IMG/VR virus record: IMGVR_UViG_3300037961_004224
Span: 62,254 to 126,253 of that record
DNA: 64,000 nt
Source: a virus
Direction: 5' to 3' (one strand)
The notes under the pieces are model-generated. The model searched no databases and had not been told where the DNA came from. It was given only the letters and a program-made list of their open reading frames with translations. The position numbers and the translations under genes were made by a program. Below are positions 58,772-64,000 of this stretch, piece by piece (positions within the stretch are counted from its first letter, which is position 1; each line of letters opens with the position of its first letter).

Positions 58772-59224
58772 ATGCTAAACATTAAACCACACGTTAGCAA
58801 GAGCAGCGAAGTCGTAGACTTTATTAATGTAGAAAAGAAGGTTCGTGTATATCGTAACCTGCACAAAAACTGTTTCAGTATCAAGCAGGACGGTTTGGTT
58901 CGTTGCCATGCCGACCACGTAACTTTGCGTGATTGTAAATTCATTGTGTCCAAGGCTGGACAAAAAAGGGTCAGGGATGAAGGTCGTAAAAACGTACATG
59001 CGTTTGTTGAGGGTTATGTTTGTGCTACTCGTAAGGCCGACAAGATTGTTGACGGTGCGAAGTCTGATGCCGAGATGGATGCAGGCAAGAGTGACTGGAA
59101 AAAAGCCTACTATAACCCATATACCTGCGACACGTTCATCAATCAGTATGACGGATCACCACTAGAAACATCAACGTTTGCTGATCTTTACGTTGATCCA
59201 ACTGCAATCTACATCTTTAACTAG
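58772..59224 (+). CDS. Conserved phage hypothetical protein, 150 aa
   Basis: RVYRNLHK.CFSI…GQKRVRDEGRKNVHAFV…YNPY motif; RBS AAGGA. Confidence 0.8.
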   Translation: MLNIKPHVSKSSEVVDFINVEKKVRVYRNLHKNCFSIKQDGLVRCHADHVTLRDCKFIVSKAGQKRVRDEGRKNVHAFVEGYVCATRKADKIVDGAKSDAEMDAGKSDWKKAYYNPYTCDTFINQYDGSPLETSTFADLYVDPTAIYIFN

Positions 59225-59234
59225 GAGAATTATA

Positions 59235-59573
59235 ATGGGACTTGACCAATACGCATCTATTCGTAAGGATGGGGAAGAGGATAAGGAAATTGCCTATTGG
59301 CGTAAGCATCCTAACCTGCAAGGGTGGATGGAACAGCTTTGGCGTGAGAAGGGTGGAGAGGGTGAATTCAACTGTGTTGATGTTGAGTTGACGTTTGAGG
59401 ATCTTGAGCAGCTTGAAGCATCTATTGAGGGTGCAGAGTTGCCGGAAACAGTAGGTTTCTTCTTTGGTAATAGCTCCGATGATTATTACAAAGAACAAGA
59501 TTTAGAATTTATTGCCGATGCTTCGGAAGCAATCGAGCATGGTTACAAAGTTGTTTACACTTCGTGGTGGTAG
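59235..59573 (+). CDS. Conserved phage hypothetical protein (MGLDQY…YWRKHPNLQGWM), 112 aa
   Basis: RBS AGGAG; part of track ORF 59178-59573. Confidence 0.8.
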   Translation: MGLDQYASIRKDGEEDKEIAYWRKHPNLQGWMEQLWREKGGEGEFNCVDVELTFEDLEQLEASIEGAELPETVGFFFGNSSDDYYKEQDLEFIADASEAIEHGYKVVYTSWW

Positions 59574-59669
59574 CCCTAAGTCCTTTGCCCGTAACGACTT
59601 ACGACGGGCGAAGCTCCCCCCGCCGATCCTAAGTCCTTTGATACCAACGACTTACGACGATTCCGCAGA

Positions 59670-59684
59670 GCAAATGGTGTGCCA
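59670..59684 (-). promoter_or_regulatory. Sigma54-like -24/-12 site
   Basis: The minus strand reads TGGCAC-ACCAT-TTGC, a full consensus match. Confidence 0.55.
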
Positions 59685-59764
59685 AAGTTTTTTTTGGTTT
59701 TTTTTAAGATTTCCTATTGACAAAGTATTTCAGGAATATTCCCAGAATAATTATAGACAACCAC

Positions 59765-59792
59765 TTGACTTTGCCGATGTATATTGTATAAT
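59765..59792 (+). promoter_or_regulatory. Sigma70-type early promoter
   Basis: TTGACT-16(CCGATG)-TATAAT. Confidence 0.8.
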
Positions 59793-59836
59793 GATAGTGT
59801 AACAAGTTAAGTTTTTTTCTCTCGAAAGGTTTTGCT

Positions 59837-60751
59837 ATGAGCAATGTTCAATCCACCGATGTTTCTTCTGTCGTTCGTTCCGCTTTTGATTTCAGCGTGG
59901 ACAAGTTCCCTCTGTACGGCCCTGAGTCGCTGCCGACCGATCAATACGGTTTGTTCCGTTCTGATACTGGTTTCATCAAGGGTGTAAAATCCGTGTCCAA
60001 GCGATATGTGCCGCATGAAACTGAGGACGTTTGTGCCTTGGTCGATGCTGCTGGTGATGCGTTTGATGGTGATATTGAGGTCAAAACGCACTGGCGTGAG
60101 GGTCACTACGTTTCTGTCGCTCCAACGCGAGCGGAACGCAAGTCCATCTACGGGACTGCTGACAATATTTTCCCGCGAATTATTATTCGTGCGGGTTATG
60201 ACGGTCAAGCCTTCACCGGCACGATGGGTTACTACCGCGATGCGTGTAACAATCTCGCCATGATGCGTCGAGTCTCTGGCACTTGTGTCAAGATCCGCCA
60301 CTCGTCTGGCTTGCGTGCAGCAATGGACGATCTGATTCAGACGTTCAGCCAGCTTTCCGCAGGTTGGGAGCATCTCGTCGAGGTTGCTCAGGAATTGGAA
60401 TCCCGCGAGGTTCGTATGGTCGAGTTTCTCGATCAGATTTATGGTCGTCCTTCGGATGAACAGCTTGCACTTGCCAATAGTGGTCAACGTGTTCGGGCTG
60501 TTACAAGCCACCAGAATCGCACAGAAGCGATCTGGAAGCGTCTCAACCGCGAGCGTGTTCGCACTGGTCGTCCTACCATGACCAACGACATCGTGAGTGC
60601 GTGGGAAGCGTTCAACGCTGTTCAGGGTTATGTGCAGCATGATGCACAAGCCAAGAGCGGTTTCAAAGGTGAGTTTGACCGTATTCTCCGAGCCGCCAAC
60701 GATCAAGCAGTAAACAAGGCCGAGCGTCTTGTGCTTGAACTGGCAGCGTAG
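59837..60751 (+). CDS. DUF932 / TIGR03299-like protein, 304 aa
   Basis: Pattern (GLFRSD…VSKRYVPH…YRDACNNL…KIRHS…AWEAFNAVQGYVQH) recognised by eye. Confidence 0.65.
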   Translation: MSNVQSTDVSSVVRSAFDFSVDKFPLYGPESLPTDQYGLFRSDTGFIKGVKSVSKRYVPHETEDVCALVDAAGDAFDGDIEVKTHWREGHYVSVAPTRAERKSIYGTADNIFPRIIIRAGYDGQAFTGTMGYYRDACNNLAMMRRVSGTCVKIRHSSGLRAAMDDLIQTFSQLSAGWEHLVEVAQELESREVRMVEFLDQIYGRPSDEQLALANSGQRVRAVTSHQNRTEAIWKRLNRERVRTGRPTMTNDIVSAWEAFNAVQGYVQHDAQAKSGFKGEFDRILRAANDQAVNKAERLVLELAA

Positions 60752-60768
60752 CCGTACCTTTCGAGAGT

Positions 60769-60803
60769 GCCTCGCCCCTTGTAGGGGCGGGGCTTTTCCT
60801 TTT
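60769..60803 (+). terminator. Rho-independent terminator
   Basis: GCCTCGCCCCT-TGT-AGGGGCGGGGC followed by a T-rich tract. Confidence 0.8.
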
Positions 60804-61195
60804 CTCTTGTTAGGTTTGGCATGACACAGTTTTTAGTTATTTGCGTGATTTTTATTATCGTTCACAGTTTTGCAGAAAGTTGGAAATAATTTGATTTTGG
60901 GGCTTGACAGAATTCTTGTCAAGTCCTTTTTTTTATTTTTCTCGAATTAACGTAAGTCCTTACCAGCAAACGACTTACGGCGGGCGGGGTGGCTCCGGCA
61001 TCTCGTAAGTCCTTATATATCAACAACTTAGAACAATACAAGATTTTTTGATGTTGATGTAAGTGTATGGTATGTATAGACTTATGACATATGGAATCCG
61101 CCGCACATGGTACAGTGGAGTGTCGCACTCCATCTACACATATCGCACAGATACTCATAGCCAGCGAAAATTATGATTTTTATTTAAGTAACCTA

Positions 61196-61224
61196 TTGAC
61201 AAATACCGATATGTATGATATAAT
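61196..61224 (+). promoter_or_regulatory. Sigma70-type early promoter
   Basis: TTGACA-17(CCGATA)-TATAAT. Confidence 0.85.
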
Positions 61225-61344
61225 ATAAGATAGGCACTCGATTCAGCAGAAGTAGATCCACCAATCTTTCATGTTCCATTCGTGTGTCTTTCTCTATCTA
61301 ACCAAGTCGTCAAGATGTCTATAGTCAGCCAAAAAGGATAAATT

Positions 61345-61776
61345 ATGACTGTAAAAATTAAGCGTGGTCAAAAGTTATGTACTCATTGTAATACAGTTAA
61401 TGGTGTTAGATCATTTGAATGTAAGAATTGTGGTCAAGCATTTAAGATGAAGAAGGGGCCAAAAGGAATCCGCAAGAAAAAGATAGAAGATTTTAAGAGT
61501 CTACAAAGAGGCGATTGGATCAAAGTTGTGGGCGGATCTGGTCCATACCATATTGACACGCTTGGTGAGAAAACATATTTAGTTGAAAGAGGAAAATACA
61601 AAGTTGAATATACTGATAGTGAAGGTATACATGCTTATGGAGACTCTGGATATAATTATCTTTACATGGGTAAAAGTTGCCCCTCTCCTCTTTTAGACAG
61701 TATTATTAGATCACCATGTAAAATTCTCTTATTAAAAAATATGGAGGGTAAACGAGCCAAATCTCGTCGTAGCTAA
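61345..61776 (+). CDS. Zn-ribbon protein, 143 aa
   Basis: CTHC…CKNC near the N-terminus; RBS AAGGA. Confidence 0.75.
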   Translation: MTVKIKRGQKLCTHCNTVNGVRSFECKNCGQAFKMKKGPKGIRKKKIEDFKSLQRGDWIKVVGGSGPYHIDTLGEKTYLVERGKYKVEYTDSEGIHAYGDSGYNYLYMGKSCPSPLLDSIIRSPCKILLLKNMEGKRAKSRRS

Positions 61777-62212
61777 TCCACTCAGATTGTCTCACTCGAT
61801 ACCATCCGAGTCGATCATAATGATATAGTCAGCCAAATATGTGTTATACATACATATAATAGTACATATACACACTATACAAATACATGCTTTTTGACCC
61901 CTAATGACACTAATTAACTCGTTTTTACTTGATTTTATGCACAATTATAATTTACTTATTGCGAAATGAGGTGGTGAAACACAGATTATGAGAAAAAGAA
62001 TAGATAGAAAAAACCGCATTACCATGTATAGTATTGTTATTAGTATATGTATGGCTTATTACCTGTATTTTGTTGGTATTTTGCTTATGACACAATATTA
62101 ACGTGTTGCACACAAACTCCCCGTCTTTGTGTATAATATGGTGTATTCAAGCGTCAAGAGCAATTAACATTTATGTTTTGAGCAGAATAAAAAAGAGAAA
62201 AAAACATAATTC

Positions 62213-62482
62213 TTGGAGAAAAAAATGATTACGCCACAAGAAAACAGAGACATAAAAGAAGAAATGCAACCAGTTATCAATGAGCTAAAGAAAAAAGGTA
62301 TTAGATTTAATAGTAAGGAAAACGAGATAACGGGTTTGGGCGACATCGTTGAAACAACACTTCAATCATTTGGAATCACAGAAGAGAGATTCAAAAAATG
62401 GTTTAACTTAAAAGAATGTAATTGTAAAGAGCGTAAACGCTGGCTTAATAACTTATTTTCATGGAGAAAAAATAATGAGTGA
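62213..62482 (+). CDS. Paralog of 544-801, 89 aa
   Basis: GLGDIVETTLQSFGITEE…CNCKERKRWLNNLF. Confidence 0.75.
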   Translation: MEKKMITPQENRDIKEEMQPVINELKKKGIRFNSKENEITGLGDIVETTLQSFGITEERFKKWFNLKECNCKERKRWLNNLFSWRKNNE

Positions 62483-62801
62483 TAACAAAGATGAGAGTCT
62501 GGGTGACGAAACCGTACACGGTGTTAGAAACCTATGGAAAAGATTTAGTAATTGGGAAGATGACGAACCCGTAGTGGAACCTGAACCACAACAAGTAGTC
62601 GAACCCGAACCAGTGGTAGAACCAGAACCCGCACCTGAGCCGGAACCTGTCGCACCAAAGGTGGAGATGGACAATTCCCTTATCAGTGAAATGGGCAAGT
62701 TTCTTCGCAAGCGGGATGGTATCGCTTGGTCGGCAGCGGTAAAGAAGATTAAAGCTGATCCCAATTTGTACGAAGAGTTGAAAAATCTGAAAAGATGGTA
62801 A
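62475..62801 (+). CDS. Hypothetical protein with Glu-Pro repeats, 108 aa
   Basis: EPVVEPEPQQVVEPEPVVEPEPAPEPEP. Confidence 0.7.
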   Translation: MSDNKDESLGDETVHGVRNLWKRFSNWEDDEPVVEPEPQQVVEPEPVVEPEPAPEPEPVAPKVEMDNSLISEMGKFLRKRDGIAWSAAVKKIKADPNLYEELKNLKRW

Positions 62802-62820
62802 TTTTTTTAAAGATTACCCC

Positions 62821-62848
62821 TTGACTTCGACGATAAGTATGGTATAAT
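62821..62848 (+). promoter_or_regulatory. Sigma70-type promoter
   Basis: TTGACT-16(ACGATA)-TATAAT. Confidence 0.8.
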
Positions 62849-62853
62849 AACTA

Positions 62854-62882
62854 GCGTGGCAGGCAGTTGTCACGCTTTTTTT
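62854..62882 (+). terminator. Terminator-like hairpin directly after the promoter
   Basis: GCGTGGCA-GGCAGT-TGTCACGC followed by T7. Confidence 0.6.
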
Positions 62883-62908
62883 ATGAACCAGCATCGGAGG
62901 TTTGAGTA

Positions 62909-63103
62909 ATGCAAAAAGATATGTTTGACAGAAAGATTTTTTACTATGATCTTATTGGTGATATTGCTAATCTTGGCACTGAGCGTGACAGACTAAAGGT
63001 GGGAGAAACATTTGAACATAACGGTGTTACCTACGAGATTCTTGAACGTGAAGAATTTAATCAGTGCTTTGTAATTCAGGAGGTGTCTGACGATGACAAT
63101 TAA
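62909..63103 (+). CDS. Hypothetical protein, 64 aa
   Basis: ORF track; RBS GGAGG. Confidence 0.65.
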   Translation: MQKDMFDRKIFYYDLIGDIANLGTERDRLKVGETFEHNGVTYEILEREEFNQCFVIQEVSDDDN

Positions 63104-63260
63104 AAAATTGATACAAGAATATGTTGACGATCATCTTTCAAACTTCGACTGCTACCCGATAGATGTGGAAGTAGAAAATAAGATTTATTCTTGGGACGAA
63201 TACTGGGATATACTGTACGAAGAAGAAAATAATGAGGAAAAAGATCAAGAAACCTCTTGA
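63093..63260 (+). CDS. Acidic hypothetical protein, 55 aa
   Basis: Read manually (MTIKKLIQEYVDDHL…); RBS GGAGG. Confidence 0.55.
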   Translation: MTIKKLIQEYVDDHLSNFDCYPIDVEVENKIYSWDEYWDILYEEENNEEKDQETS

Positions 63261-63284
63261 CAATGACGATACCTATGGTATAAT
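63257..63284 (+). promoter_or_regulatory. Sigma70-type promoter
   Basis: TTGACA-16(ACGATA)-TATAAT. Confidence 0.85.
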
Positions 63285-63310
63285 TAACTTGTACCGCAGG
63301 AGACACTTAA

Positions 63311-63559
63311 ATGTTTGGAAAAAAGATGAGTATTAAAGACCGTCAAGAAACTGTTATCAGTCAGATATTTCAAGCCTGCTACGATGAATGGCAAGATGGT
63401 CTATCTGACGATCTCAACGACATCATCCAAGATATTGTACTGTGTAAAAATCAGAACGCTATGCGGGGTCTTTTTGGAGAGCGATTTGTAAAGTTGGCAC
63501 ACCTTTATGTTGATGCAAAGAAACTACTTACTGAAATTGAGGAATTAGACAATGAATGA
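63311..63559 (+). CDS. Hypothetical protein, 82 aa
   Basis: ORF track; RBS AGGAG. Confidence 0.7.
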   Translation: MFGKKMSIKDRQETVISQIFQACYDEWQDGLSDDLNDIIQDIVLCKNQNAMRGLFGERFVKLAHLYVDAKKLLTEIEELDNE

Positions 63560-63728
63560 TTTTCTAACCAAAGAAATTGAACTATGCGGTATTGACATGC
63601 CACAGAATGATTTTGAGGCTGTCAGCGAGATTATTTATGATGCTTTGATGCAGAAAGGTATATACTGTGACAGTTTTTCGTGGTCTATCAATATAGAATA
63701 CACGCCACAAGACGAATTAGATGACTGA
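63552..63728 (+). CDS. Acidic hypothetical protein, 58 aa
   Basis: Read manually (MNDFLTKEIELCG…); overlaps the previous stop. Confidence 0.55.
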   Translation: MNDFLTKEIELCGIDMPQNDFEAVSEIIYDALMQKGIYCDSFSWSINIEYTPQDELDD

Positions 63729-63796
63729 AGTAATAATGTTTGTGGTGATTATTGTTTTACTTATTGATGTCTGTACGCTAATAACTGAGGATTGAG

Positions 63797-63931
63797 ATGG
63801 AGTGTCAAATGTGCCACGGTGAAGATGCTACCGTGTTAGAATTTTGTGACGACTGCTACACAGAGATGAAAGCAGAGTCAGATTTAGCGGGTCAGGACTT
63901 TTACGAATACTGGGAGATTGACGATGAGTGA
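63797..63931 (+). CDS. Small acidic CxxC…CxxC protein, 44 aa
   Basis: MECQMCHG…FCDDCY…; RBS GAGG. Confidence 0.6.
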   Translation: MECQMCHGEDATVLEFCDDCYTEMKAESDLAGQDFYEYWEIDDE

Positions 63932-64000
63932 TAACAAATATCTTTTACAAATAATTCAAGACTTATACTTTAATGTTCTTGAAGATGTACCCGATAACTA

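Larger units (their letters stand above)
54436..61032. repeat. Family of 11 dispersed 29-bp palindromes, consensus C[G/C]TAAGTCCTT-N7-AA[G/C]GACTTA[C/G]G
   Basis: Copies at 54436-54464, 55440-55468, 55489-55517, 55952-55980, 57022-57050, 57071-57099, 58236-58264, 59575-59603, 59628-59656, 60951-60979 and 61004-61032. Confidence 0.92.

Noticed and set aside
59807-60706. 299-aa minus-strand ORF
   Set aside because: It is the antisense shadow of the GC-rich DUF932-like gene, which has the promoter, RBS and terminator.
54436-61032. CRISPR array interpretation of the 29-bp palindromes
   Set aside because: Spacing is irregular (49 bp to more than 1 kb), the repeat centres vary, genes lie between copies, and no cas genes are present.

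Overview
This 64 kb window is part of a large tailed dsDNA bacteriophage genome, read in the standard genetic code. The long TMP and tube gene, and the absence of a recognisable sheath gene, suggest a siphovirus-like virion; the host cannot be determined from the sequence. From about 544 to 53.9 kb an almost unbroken minus-strand late operon encodes a phage sigma factor, a GT90-like glycosyltransferase and GDP-mannose 4,6-dehydratase. It continues through HNH and ERCC4-like nucleases, the large terminase, three Cys-rich paralogs, portal, protease/scaffold, capsid, fibre and lectin genes, two DSBH-fold oxygenase-like genes, neck and tail genes, a 3303-aa tape measure protein and a 2818-aa Cys-rich repeat tail protein. 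From 54 to 64 kb is a plus-strand early/accessory region of small genes. It carries 11 sigma70-type promoters with a conserved CGAT in the spacer and 11 copies of a 29-bp 11-7-11 palindrome, often paired, some with matching spacers. It also has two sigma54-like sites, five copies of a 14-bp motif that usually supplies a stop codon, and many membrane or acidic micropeptides. The most striking element is a non-coding transcription unit at about 57.15-57.72 kb. Tandem promoters with rrn boxA-like signals precede a structured RNA and a 133-nt tmRNA-like RNA, which has a tRNA-like domain, a putative pk1, a resume consensus and a 9-codon tag ending GDDL. All family assignments come from motif recognition by eye; no searches or folding programs were run.
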